Of a stretch of 64,000 nucleotides of DNA, positions 8,764 through 18,060 are shown piece after piece (positions within the stretch are counted from its first letter, which is position 1; each line of letters opens with the position of its first letter). Origin of the DNA: Calditrichaceae bacterium. Lineage in GTDB: Bacteria > Calditrichota > Calditrichia > Calditrichales > JBFXGD01. The position numbers and the translations under genes were made by a program. The stretch spans positions 64,001-128,000 of the forward strand of contig JBFXLE010000002.1 of NCBI GenBank assembly GCA_050173015.1. The letters are read 5' to 3'. The notes under the pieces were generated by a model, which worked only from the letters and a program-made list of their open reading frames with translations, ran no database searches and was not told the DNA's origin.

Positions 8764-10938
8764 ATGAAAGTTCAAAACACAAATAATTTTAAGGATAAAT
8801 GGCTTGTCGATGCTTTGCTCTATTATCAGATTATTGAGCCGGAATTTTATGATGAGTTGGTCCAGCGTAATCCTGAAGAGTCGTACATATCTGATGTTTT
8901 AATCAGTAATAATTTTTTGAACGCGGAAGAACTTTCCCTGTTTCTGGAAAAGGCTCTCAAGATACATACATTGAATCTAGATCAGGTTGATATAGACCCG
9001 GATATTATCAAACTTATTCCGGAAGATGTTTGCAGAAAACATTTCCTGGTCCCGCTGCAGATGAACCGCAAACATGTGGCCATCGCTTCGTTTAATCCTT
9101 CTGATCTTGACGCGGAGAAGGAAATAGAGTACCTGACCGGTAAATATGTGAAAACATATTTCGCTTTTAGAGAGCAGATTCTTGAAAAGATAAACCGCTT
9201 CTATTCACCTGAAAAATTTATTGATTCGTTTGTGGACAATAACAAAGAAAAAGCCAATGTCAGGATTTTCGGTGAAAAAGTATCAAATTCGGATTCACCG
9301 GTTATAAAAATGGTAAATCAGATTTTGTCAGAAGCGGTAAGGGAAGAGGCAAGTGATATCCATGTTGAGCCGAAAGAAGAGGATGTTGTTGTTAGATTGC
9401 GCATAGATGGTGTGTTGAGAAATTTACTGGAAATACCGCGTTCTCTGCATGCTCAGCTTATCAGCCGTATAAAAATTATATCAAATCTGGATATCGCCGA
9501 GACAAGAAAACCGCAGGATGGTAAATCAAGAATAAAAGTTGATAATGCAGAAATTGATCTTCGGGTTTCGATACTACCCACAAATTTTGGTGAAAAAGTA
9601 GTTATCCGCCTCCTGGACAAAAGAAAAACGGCCATGTCGTTTGAAAAACTTGGTATTCACGGATATAACCGCGATCGTCTGGAAGATTGTTTCGGATTTA
9701 AACAGGGAATGGTCCTGGTGACGGGTCCGACAGGCTCGGGTAAAAGTACTACATTGTATGCCGCGATTAACAGGCTCCGCTCAACTACCAATAATATTCT
9801 GACCATCGAAGATCCGATCGAATATATGCTGGACGGGATTAATCAGGTACAGGTAAACGAGAAAGCCGGAATCACCTTCGCGACCGCGTTAAGATCATTT
9901 TTGAGACAAGATCCTGATGTGATTCTTGTCGGTGAAATCAGGGACAGGGAGACCGCCGAAACATCTATTCAGGCGGCCTTAACCGGACATTTAGTGCTGA
10001 GCAGTCTTCACACAAACGATACATTTACCACTATTACCCGTCTAAAAGATATTGGAATCGATAAATTCAAAATCACAGAATCATTGGGCGGGATCATCGC
10101 GCAGCGTCTTGTGAGAAAATTGTGCACTCATTGCAAAGTTGAAGTGAAGCCGGAAAATGTTGATCCTAAACTCACATATTTGATTGATCAACTCGGATAT
10201 GACACGCATTTTTATGAAGCGAAAGGTTGCGCCAGGTGCGGTTTTAACGGATATAAGGGGCGTATCGGAGTCTACGAAATTCTGATTTTAAATGATAAGC
10301 TGAAAGAGATGATCTCAAGTGATGCTCCAATACAGAGTATTCGTAAAGCTGCCAGAGATGATGGATTCAGGAATCTTTTTGAAGACGCTTTATCCCTGAT
10401 TGCCGGCGGGATCACAGATTATAAAGAGATATTAAGGGTGGTTAATCCGGGATCAGATCATTTGGAAGGACGTGCAGCAAGCACTGCTGAAACAGATGAC
10501 AGTCCGGATGAGACAGTTAAAATAACAGAAAAAGAAAGCACTAATAAAACTATAAAAGTTAAAAAAACCGCTAAAAATATACTCGTTGTCGAAGACACAC
10601 GGGTTACCAGAATGATGATCAAAGGGATAATCGAGAAAAAGACAAAATGGACTGTTTCTGAAGCGGAGGATGGTGCTGTCGCTCTCAAAAATATACAACA
10701 GAGTCCCCCGGATCTGATTTTACTGGATATAATGATGCCAAACATGGACGGATATGAATTTTTGCAGCATCTTCGGTCGGATGAAAAGACTGCCCGTATT
10801 CCCGTACTCATGCTGACGGCGTTAAAGACACCGGAAAATGAAATAAAAGTATTAGAACTTGGAGCTGATGATTTTCTGACAAAACCCATCAATCCTGATG
10901 TTTTAATAGCGCGGATTAAACGCAAATTAGATGACTGA
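8764..10938 (+). CDS. pilB: PilB/MshE/GspE-family extension ATPase fused to a C-terminal receiver (REC) domain
   Basis: ASDIHVEP, GPTGSGKST, TIEDPIEY, LRQDPDVILVGEIRD, SLHTND, CxxC...CxxC Zn site. After a charged linker: ILVVED...LILLDIMMPNMDG...MLTA...FLTKP. Confidence 0.9.
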   Translation: MKVQNTNNFKDKWLVDALLYYQIIEPEFYDELVQRNPEESYISDVLISNNFLNAEELSLFLEKALKIHTLNLDQVDIDPDIIKLIPEDVCRKHFLVPLQMNRKHVAIASFNPSDLDAEKEIEYLTGKYVKTYFAFREQILEKINRFYSPEKFIDSFVDNNKEKANVRIFGEKVSNSDSPVIKMVNQILSEAVREEASDIHVEPKEEDVVVRLRIDGVLRNLLEIPRSLHAQLISRIKIISNLDIAETRKPQDGKSRIKVDNAEIDLRVSILPTNFGEKVVIRLLDKRKTAMSFEKLGIHGYNRDRLEDCFGFKQGMVLVTGPTGSGKSTTLYAAINRLRSTTNNILTIEDPIEYMLDGINQVQVNEKAGITFATALRSFLRQDPDVILVGEIRDRETAETSIQAALTGHLVLSSLHTNDTFTTITRLKDIGIDKFKITESLGGIIAQRLVRKLCTHCKVEVKPENVDPKLTYLIDQLGYDTHFYEAKGCARCGFNGYKGRIGVYEILILNDKLKEMISSDAPIQSIRKAARDDGFRNLFEDALSLIAGGITDYKEILRVVNPGSDHLEGRAASTAETDDSPDETVKITEKESTNKTIKVKKTAKNILVVEDTRVTRMMIKGIIEKKTKWTVSEAEDGAVALKNIQQSPPDLILLDIMMPNMDGYEFLQHLRSDEKTARIPVLMLTALKTPENEIKVLELGADDFLTKPINPDVLIARIKRKLDD

Positions 10939-10983
10939 CACAAGTAATTTCACTATCTCAACTAAATATGCGACAATGACAGA

Positions 10984-11751
10984 ATGGGAATAATTTATAT
11001 ATTTTTATTTATTGCGGGTGCTTCCATCGGGAGCTTTATCAACGTTTGCATTTACCGCATCCCTCAAAATTTTTCTATAGTACGTCCCGGTTCTTACTGT
11101 CCGGAATGCAAATCGGAGATCGCCTTTTATCATAATATACCGTTGATCTCATATTTGCTTCTTCGCGGCAAATGCGTTTCGTGTGGCGTATCGATTTCAT
11201 TACGGTACCCTATAATAGAGCTACTAACCGGTATAATAACTATTTTTACATATTATAAATTTGGATTCAGTTATGAATTTCTATTCTATCTGAATTTTAT
11301 TTATTTCGCCATACTGATCGCGGTAATAGATTATTATACACAAAAAATCTATAATTCAGTTATCGCGGCGTTGTTGTTTTCGGGTATTCTGCTAAATCTG
11401 GCTTTTCCGGTAATCGACTGGAGTTTAGCATTATTCGGGATATTCGCCGGCGGAAGTGTTATGTTTCTTATTGCCATACTTGGAAAGGTGCTTTTTAAAA
11501 AGGAGAGTATGGGGATGGGAGATGTGAAATTTTCCGCGGCTGCCGGATTTTTTCTTGGATGGAAGATGGTCCTGATTTCTATTTACTTTGGATTCATTCT
11601 TGCCTTGCTGGCTATCATAATACTCAAAATCGGAAATAAAATTAAAAGCGGCAACTATATACCATTCGGACCATTCATCGCCGCCGGACTGATTATTTTT
11701 GTGTTTTTTGGAAATACGATTATCGGACTCTATTTGCGACTGGTACTATAG
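10984..11751 (+). CDS. pilD: Prepilin peptidase/N-methyltransferase
   Basis: GSFINVCIYRIP, CPEC/CVSC Zn motif, catalytic Asp in IDY and GMGDVK, IPFGPF. Confidence 0.93.
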   Translation: MGIIYIFLFIAGASIGSFINVCIYRIPQNFSIVRPGSYCPECKSEIAFYHNIPLISYLLLRGKCVSCGVSISLRYPIIELLTGIITIFTYYKFGFSYEFLFYLNFIYFAILIAVIDYYTQKIYNSVIAALLFSGILLNLAFPVIDWSLALFGIFAGGSVMFLIAILGKVLFKKESMGMGDVKFSAAAGFFLGWKMVLISIYFGFILALLAIIILKIGNKIKSGNYIPFGPFIAAGLIIFVFFGNTIIGLYLRLVL

Positions 11752-11769
11752 AAAGAACCCGGAAGAAAA

Positions 11770-12969
11770 ATGCCAAATTTTAAATATAAAGCGATGAATC
11801 ATGATGGCCGGCAGATTGAGAATATTATTCAGGCCGCTGATGAGAATGATGCCATCCGGCAACTTCAGAAACAGAATTTAATCCCTGTCGCCGTGCGTTT
11901 GGAAAAAACGGTTACAAAAAAGACCTCCAAAAAAATCAAGATAAAAAACGCGACCATCCTCTTATTTACAGAACAGCTTTATACTTTGCTGAAAGCCGGT
12001 ATTCCAATTGTCAGCAGTTTAAATGTAATACGAAGGCAAAGTCCGGATCCCGATTATCAGGGGATGATCGATGAAATCATCTCTGATATTAATGAGGGAA
12101 GCAGCTTTTCGGCTGCGCTGGATAAATTTAGCGGTGTTTTTTCGCGTATTTATGTGAACTCTGTTAAAGTTGGTGAGATAAGCGGCGCCCTGGAAGATAC
12201 GCTTTTGTATCTTCATAAATTTCTGGAGCAGGAAGGCCGAATTCGTGAGGAAATAACGAAAGCCGTCAGATATCCCATAATGGTTCTAATGGGTTTGGTC
12301 GGGGCATTTATTATCACCATGACAACAGTAATTCCAAATTTCATCCCGCTTTTTGAAAGAAGTCAGCATGAGCTTCCGCTTCCAACAAGAATATTAATTG
12401 GAATCAATACATTGTTTACCGACTACGGATTGCTGACTCTCACTGTTGTTGTTTTACTGGGTGTAGGGTTTTATTTTTACGCGAAGACAGAGGGTGGCCG
12501 CTACAATAAAAGTAAATTAGCATTAAATGTACCGGTCTTCGGCAGATTACTGAGACATTATTATCACTCGAGATTCGCCAGGCTGTTTCTAACAATGAAC
12601 AGGACGGGAATTCCAATTCTCAGGTCTTTCGAGATGATTCAGGAAACACTTGAGAATGAAGTTTACCGTAAAGTATTAAGAAAAGTGACCGATAGTATCG
12701 TCAGGGGTGAAGAAATAGCCCGAGCCCTGGGGAAAAGCGCTTATTTTGATGTCCTTTTAATCGAGATGGTATCAATAGGAGAAAAATCCGGATCACTGGA
12801 TCAAATGCTCCAAAGTGCGTCACAATATTATGATAATGAAGTATCAAAAACAGTCGGGAATCTGACATCTTTAATAGAACCTATAGTCACTCTGGTTCTC
12901 GGAATTATGGTACTGATCCTGGCGCTGGCAATATTTTTGCCGATGTGGGATCTCATGGATGTGTTCTAA
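11770..12969 (+). CDS. pilC: PilC/GspF/MshG inner-membrane platform protein
   Basis: LLKAGIPI, VKVGEISGAL, YP, LPLPT, IGEKSGSL, LIEP, FLPMW. Confidence 0.93.
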   Translation: MPNFKYKAMNHDGRQIENIIQAADENDAIRQLQKQNLIPVAVRLEKTVTKKTSKKIKIKNATILLFTEQLYTLLKAGIPIVSSLNVIRRQSPDPDYQGMIDEIISDINEGSSFSAALDKFSGVFSRIYVNSVKVGEISGALEDTLLYLHKFLEQEGRIREEITKAVRYPIMVLMGLVGAFIITMTTVIPNFIPLFERSQHELPLPTRILIGINTLFTDYGLLTLTVVVLLGVGFYFYAKTEGGRYNKSKLALNVPVFGRLLRHYYHSRFARLFLTMNRTGIPILRSFEMIQETLENEVYRKVLRKVTDSIVRGEEIARALGKSAYFDVLLIEMVSIGEKSGSLDQMLQSASQYYDNEVSKTVGNLTSLIEPIVTLVLGIMVLILALAIFLPMWDLMDVF

Positions 12970-13011
12970 TTACGTTTAAATAACCTTCAAAAAAGAAAAG
13001 GGAGGATTCTT

Positions 13012-13365
13012 ATGAATCTAAAATCTAATCAAAGCGGTTTTACATTGATGGAATTGGTAATCGTCATTGTGATTCTCGGAATTCTGGCTGCGGTAGCAGT
13101 TCCAAAATATTTTGATTTATCATCACAGGCTCAAACAGCTGCCCGTGAAGCAAACATCAGCGCCATTGAAGCGGCAATTATGATGAAGTTCGCGGAAGAT
13201 TTGGTGAACGATCCGACAACCACGCTTCAAAGCGTTGTTACGACCTATGCAGACGATCTTAGCCCATTGTTCTCAAACGGTGAAGCGCCGGTTGATCCGA
13301 TTACCGGGGGAGCGTATACCGTAACGTATGTGGCGGCAACCGGAACGATTTCTGTCACCCCATAA
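13012..13365 (+). CDS. Major type IV pilin (MshA/PilA-like)
   Basis: Class III signal QSG|FTLMELVIVIVILGILAAVAVPK; strong GGGAGG RBS, consistent with the abundant subunit. Confidence 0.9.
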   Translation: MNLKSNQSGFTLMELVIVIVILGILAAVAVPKYFDLSSQAQTAAREANISAIEAAIMMKFAEDLVNDPTTTLQSVVTTYADDLSPLFSNGEAPVDPITGGAYTVTYVAATGTISVTP

Positions 13366-13378
13366 GGGGAATAGATTG

Positions 13379-13780
13379 ATGCTGGATTATTTAAAAGAAG
13401 AGCAGGGCGCTTCCCTGATGGAATTGATTGTCATCATTGTCGTCATGGGTGTGATCCTGCCTTCTGTTTTTTTGATATTCAGCTCGGGTTCCGTGTTTCA
13501 TTCCCGTTATGAGGTACGAATACGTTGTAGTCAACTGGCTAATATGAGAACGGAAGAAATTCTTGCTTATAAATATGAGCATCCGGATTGGTATAAAAAC
13601 ATTGACAGCTATGCCGGAACAACAAAGACAGTTGATGATTATAGTGTAAAAACCGAGATAAGTTACATTTCAGGCTGGGGGAACGCGGGGCTTGAAGCAT
13701 ACGAGATTAAGATAACGGTATCCCACCAGCACTTACCCGATGGTTTAGTATTGATAACACGATTGACAAAGTATGCCTAA
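13379..13780 (+). CDS. Minor pilin (MshD/PilV-like)
   Basis: EQG|ASLMELIVIIVV prepilin motif. ATG 13379 follows AAGGGG; the ORF track start at 13328 overlaps the previous gene. Confidence 0.8.
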   Translation: MLDYLKEEQGASLMELIVIIVVMGVILPSVFLIFSSGSVFHSRYEVRIRCSQLANMRTEEILAYKYEHPDWYKNIDSYAGTTKTVDDYSVKTEISYISGWGNAGLEAYEIKITVSHQHLPDGLVLITRLTKYA

Positions 13781-14273
13781 AAAATTAAGAAACGAATCAA
13801 CCGCCGCATTCCATAATCAGCGGGGCGCAACACTGATAGAGTTGGTTCTGGTTTTGAGCATTTTAGGAATCATCACCTCCATCACGGGTGGAATTTTGCA
13901 TACGCAATCACGAATATTTGTGAAAATTTATGAACGATCAACCATGCTTTCCGATATGCACAAAGTGATGAATCAGGTTATTTCTGAAATTCAGGAAATC
14001 TCACCGGACAATATTTCTAAAATGAAGGATAATCAGTTAATATTTACAGATATTGATGGCCTGTCGGTGGAATACAAACTGAAAAATAATCAGATCACCA
14101 GGAATGGCTCTCTGATTCTCGATGGCGTTCAGGATGATCCGTTCGTGTATCTGGATGAATATGGAAATTCGGTAAATTCACCAGATGATTTAAAAATGAC
14201 GAAAATCATTCTTACCGTCCTGCAGAACGGGGAACTCTGCACTATGGAAGAAATAGCCTATGGCAGGAATTAA
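13773..14273 (+). CDS. Minor pilin (MshO/PilW/GspJ-like)
   Basis: QRG|ATLIELVLVLSILG prepilin motif; overlaps both neighbours. Confidence 0.8.
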   Translation: MPKKLRNESTAAFHNQRGATLIELVLVLSILGIITSITGGILHTQSRIFVKIYERSTMLSDMHKVMNQVISEIQEISPDNISKMKDNQLIFTDIDGLSVEYKLKNNQITRNGSLILDGVQDDPFVYLDEYGNSVNSPDDLKMTKIILTVLQNGELCTMEEIAYGRN

Positions 14274-15216
14274 TCTAAAATCCGAAGAGGGGATTTTACT
14301 TCCCGCGGTGATAGCAATTATCGCGTTTCTTACTGTGCTCGCAGGAATTATCTCCCTGTTGGTGTCCGCGGAAAATAAAATGCAAATAATTGATTCCGAA
14401 AGACAGAGAACATTATATGCAGCGCAATCCGGGCTGGAGTATAGTGTGAAACATATCTTAAAAACAGCGAATACGGGTAGCTGGAGTGAATATAATCTTG
14501 ATACCGGAACAGGAATAAGCTGTGATATTGAGGTCACAAGGATAAACAGTGATTCATTACGGATTATGGCCAGGGGAATTGGTTCGGTGACCATCAGAGA
14601 ATTGGAATTATTAATATTTGACATCGATTCCAGTGATGTTTCCCGATACTCAGTGTACGCGGCAGGGAATGTGAATAGTGTTGAAACCTCTGAAAATCCG
14701 GCATCACCATTTAATGACGGGCTTATTGTAAAAGACGCGACAGTTATGCCTGTTTTTGACCTTGATGAATTAAGGGCGATTGCTCAGACAAACGGAACGT
14801 ATTATTCCGGAGATCTGAAAATTGCCGGTACTTTTTCCGAGCCTTCAGGTTCGATAATTTTTGTGGAAGAGGACCTTGATCTTAATAAAGTACCTCACTG
14901 GACGAGTGAAGTTCATTTTGTTGTTTTGGGGGATATCGATATAGATCCCGAATTTAATAATGATTCCAGTGCTCCAATTACTCTTTATCAGCCGGATTCG
15001 AAATCCGATCTGAGTGTATCGAATCCTAAAGGTAAAAAAACATCCGATTGTTATATTACAGGCGGAATAATCACGTACGGCTCAGTTGACGGTTCTTATA
15101 AAAAGAACGATATGGTGATCTATCGGGATCAGGATGCCATGAGGGCATTTCTTTCGTATTCGCTCAACGAAGGCCCAATGGTATTATTAGGCAAAAGATG
15201 GAAGAGCACTATATAA
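14260..15216 (+). CDS. Large minor pilin (PilX/MshP/GspK-like)
   Basis: EEG|ILLPAVI lacks Glu5, as is typical of PilX/GspK; YAAQSGLE motif; beta-rich C-terminus. Confidence 0.75.
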   Translation: MAGINLKSEEGILLPAVIAIIAFLTVLAGIISLLVSAENKMQIIDSERQRTLYAAQSGLEYSVKHILKTANTGSWSEYNLDTGTGISCDIEVTRINSDSLRIMARGIGSVTIRELELLIFDIDSSDVSRYSVYAAGNVNSVETSENPASPFNDGLIVKDATVMPVFDLDELRAIAQTNGTYYSGDLKIAGTFSEPSGSIIFVEEDLDLNKVPHWTSEVHFVVLGDIDIDPEFNNDSSAPITLYQPDSKSDLSVSNPKGKKTSDCYITGGIITYGSVDGSYKKNDMVIYRDQDAMRAFLSYSLNEGPMVLLGKRWKSTI

Positions 15217-15243
15217 TCATATTCAGGAATTAAGGAATTAAGA

Positions 15244-17025
15244 ATGGCAAAGTCCGGCCAAAACATGGCGGAAAAAGGAAATAACACTGTTTCGGGTATA
15301 CAGAAACCAGGAACATCCCCTGAAAAAAGAATCAGCAATAATAAAGGGCCTGTGACGAATGATGTCAATGATCAATTTCACGCGTCCCTGCCGTTTATTA
15401 AATTATTATCCGCCCAAAAATGTCTTGCTCTCGATATAGATATGGATAAGATCAGATTTATTATCGTTAATAAATCCGGAGATTCCATAGACGTCAGAAA
15501 ATGGGGCGTACAGACCTTCCCATCGGATGAAGCCAATCGTTTCCGCGCCATGCAAAAAGCTCTTGAATTTATAAAAAACCATTTTTATAAATCCGGAATG
15601 GATGTGCATGCAAGTATCTTTAGCCCGGAACAAAATATCCGACAGGTCATTCTGCCAAAAATGAAAAAGAAATCGGACCTTGACAAGGCGATTTTTTATA
15701 AAAACAGAAGTGAGATTCAAAATTTTGATGAAAACTCATCCTGGTCGTATGATGTCCTGCAGGAGTTTAAAGAGGATGGAATAGATAAACTTCGTGTTCA
15801 GATACTGGTCGTTCCGGGAAGCATTATTGCAAGCTATTTGAGTGTATTTGAAAAAACCGGTCTTGAGGTTAAAACGTTAATCCCCAGACCGATGGCATTA
15901 CAGGAAGCTTATAACCGGATGCTGGATAAACCGGCAAGAGATCTTTTGATTGACGTTTCCTATGATTTTACTCAAATATTTTATCTAAATAACGGGCGTC
16001 TTGAGTATGTCCGGAATATGGGGATTGGCGCGCGGAATTTAGAAGCGACTATTAAAGATTCCGAAGCTGTTGAAAAAACCGATAGTCACAAATCTGTCCG
16101 GGATGAATTCGATGGGAAAGCGGGCGGCAGTCTTCTCCGAAACCGGTTAATTGGTAAAATTAACGATCTTGAAACCAAACAAAATCCGGTTTTACACGAA
16201 TTCTTTTCAGAAATATTGAGATTTATGGCTTTTTTGCAGGGCAGGGAAAACAAGCTGTATATCGATCGGATATTTGTCACCGGTTATGGTATTCGCAAGG
16301 AAAGTCTTATACCATATCTCCGGAGCAGGTTAAATATGCCCGTATTTGTTCTTGCTCCGCAGTTCGTTTCAAAAGTCCGGAAAACACTCGAGTACGGCGA
16401 ATTTTCATCGACCATCGGCGCGGCGCTTCAAACCGGGAAGCAATGCAATATGCTTCCTGCGGCCTATAAACGCCGAATGGCATTTATAAAATACAACTGG
16501 TTGCTCGCAGCCACATGTTTTGTCACTTTCTTTGCATTTTCATTTAACACGGTGGATCATTACAAAAAAAATCTGGATAAAAGGCAGATAGTCGAATCAT
16601 ATGAACTAAAATACTCAAAATACGATGAGTTTGAAAAACGATATAAAACGTACGCGGACAGGATAGCAAATATTAAGATAGAACAATCTGAACTTGCCGG
16701 GGTTGTGGAAAATTCCGCTCCGATTGTTCAGATTTTACAAATATTCAGTAATGAAACACCACCTGAGATACGATTACAAAAAATAGGCTTCAGGCATGTT
16801 GATTTGAAGAATAAAAAGTTATTGAAGGACAATCTGTCAAAATACAAATATCAGATTGATGTAACCGGTTATTTAAAAAAAACCGATTTGACAGATGATG
16901 TCGTATTAGTCAATTTTATCAATCATCTGAAGGATCTTAAATTTTTTAAAGATATTCAGATATCGAAAGTTGACAAGAACCGGGAAGACAATTTTACCGG
17001 ATTTGAATTTATAATTTATTATTAA
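15244..17025 (+). CDS. PilM-like actin-fold domain fused to a TM helix and PilN-like periplasmic domain
   Basis: LALDID, LLIDVSYDFT, IFVTGYG and IGAAL-x6-NMLP (PilN NLLP-like), then TM, coiled coil and IRLQKI...VTG...FINHLK...F pattern; lies directly before pilO. Confidence 0.7.
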   Translation: MAKSGQNMAEKGNNTVSGIQKPGTSPEKRISNNKGPVTNDVNDQFHASLPFIKLLSAQKCLALDIDMDKIRFIIVNKSGDSIDVRKWGVQTFPSDEANRFRAMQKALEFIKNHFYKSGMDVHASIFSPEQNIRQVILPKMKKKSDLDKAIFYKNRSEIQNFDENSSWSYDVLQEFKEDGIDKLRVQILVVPGSIIASYLSVFEKTGLEVKTLIPRPMALQEAYNRMLDKPARDLLIDVSYDFTQIFYLNNGRLEYVRNMGIGARNLEATIKDSEAVEKTDSHKSVRDEFDGKAGGSLLRNRLIGKINDLETKQNPVLHEFFSEILRFMAFLQGRENKLYIDRIFVTGYGIRKESLIPYLRSRLNMPVFVLAPQFVSKVRKTLEYGEFSSTIGAALQTGKQCNMLPAAYKRRMAFIKYNWLLAATCFVTFFAFSFNTVDHYKKNLDKRQIVESYELKYSKYDEFEKRYKTYADRIANIKIEQSELAGVVENSAPIVQILQIFSNETPPEIRLQKIGFRHVDLKNKKLLKDNLSKYKYQIDVTGYLKKTDLTDDVVLVNFINHLKDLKFFKDIQISKVDKNREDNFTGFEFIIYY

Positions 17026-17036
17026 ATGAGCAGGCT

Positions 17037-17579
17037 ATGGCAAAAAAGTTGTTTTTTATTCTTATAATCGCGCAGATTTTGATTTTTGGAATCGGATATT
17101 TTTTCCTTGATCCAATTTTAGATAAAAAGATTGAAAATACAGAGTCTGAGCTGGCGACACTCGTTGATAAGTTAAAAAACGCTAAAAAGGCACAGTCAGA
17201 AATGTTAAAAATTGAAGAACGTTTAAAGGAAGAGCAGGAGCAGCTGGAAAAAATCAAATTAAAATATGTCAAAAAAACAGAGCTCTCAAAAGTCACCGAA
17301 AAACTAAATATCCTGGCCCGTCAAAATAATGTATCAATCACTGATTTTTCTCCGATACTGAATAATTATTTTGAACAGGCCGGGAATTCAAAAATAAATC
17401 CAATGCCGTTTTTATTGGAGATGAAAGGCGGATATCTTGATACCGGAAAATTTTTGGAAAATTTAGAAAATCTGCCTTTTTATCTGGTTCCCGGAGAACT
17501 AATTATGGAAAAGGGCAATCGTTCTGACGGTACGATTGTCTCGAAAGTAACCGTAAAAATATATACATGGAATAACTGA
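17037..17579 (+). CDS. pilO: PilO/MshJ-like alignment protein
   Basis: N-terminal TM, coiled coil, MKGGYLDTGKFLENLENLP signature; operon position. Confidence 0.75.
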   Translation: MAKKLFFILIIAQILIFGIGYFFLDPILDKKIENTESELATLVDKLKNAKKAQSEMLKIEERLKEEQEQLEKIKLKYVKKTELSKVTEKLNILARQNNVSITDFSPILNNYFEQAGNSKINPMPFLLEMKGGYLDTGKFLENLENLPFYLVPGELIMEKGNRSDGTIVSKVTVKIYTWNN

Positions 17580-17592
17580 TTTAGGAAAACGA

Positions 17593-18051
17593 ATGCAGAT
17601 AACCAAAGAACAAAAGCGTCTTTTAATGGTACTGTCTGCGGTAGTGCTGTTCGCGGTTATTGATTTTACTATAAATTCTGATCAATACCTGGGTTATTAC
17701 TTTAATGACAGCCCCGCATCAGTGAATGTAAATAAGGTGGATCGTTCGAAAGAAATTGTGACACCGAAATACGTCTCGATCTTAAATTATAAAAAGGGAT
17801 GGGGAAAGGATCCGTTTTTTGATGTCCCTGTAAAAAAAACAAAAAAAAGATCAGCAACTCAAAAAGTTGAGCCGATACTTCTTTTACAGGCAATTAGTTA
17901 CAGCGGCGAAAATTCGGTGGTAATGATAAATAATATGACAGTCAGAGCTGGTGAGGATATTGAAGGTTATCGAGTACTAAAAATAGAACCACAAAAGGTC
18001 ACGCTTATAAAAGACGGGATTATAAAAACGATAACCTTAGGCCAATTCTAA
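17593..18051 (+). CDS. PilP/MshK/GspB-like accessory protein
   Basis: N-terminal TM; KDPF, LQAISYS, VMIN, GEDIEGYRVLKI pattern; directly upstream of the secretin. Confidence 0.65.
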   Translation: MQITKEQKRLLMVLSAVVLFAVIDFTINSDQYLGYYFNDSPASVNVNKVDRSKEIVTPKYVSILNYKKGWGKDPFFDVPVKKTKKRSATQKVEPILLLQAISYSGENSVVMINNMTVRAGEDIEGYRVLKIEPQKVTLIKDGIIKTITLGQF

Positions 18052-18060
18052 GGAGATTCA

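Noticed and set aside
13039-13365. Major pilin as an electrically conductive pilin
   Set aside because: Only 8 aromatic residues in 108 by my count, and it lacks the Geobacter Y27/Y32/Y57 equivalents.
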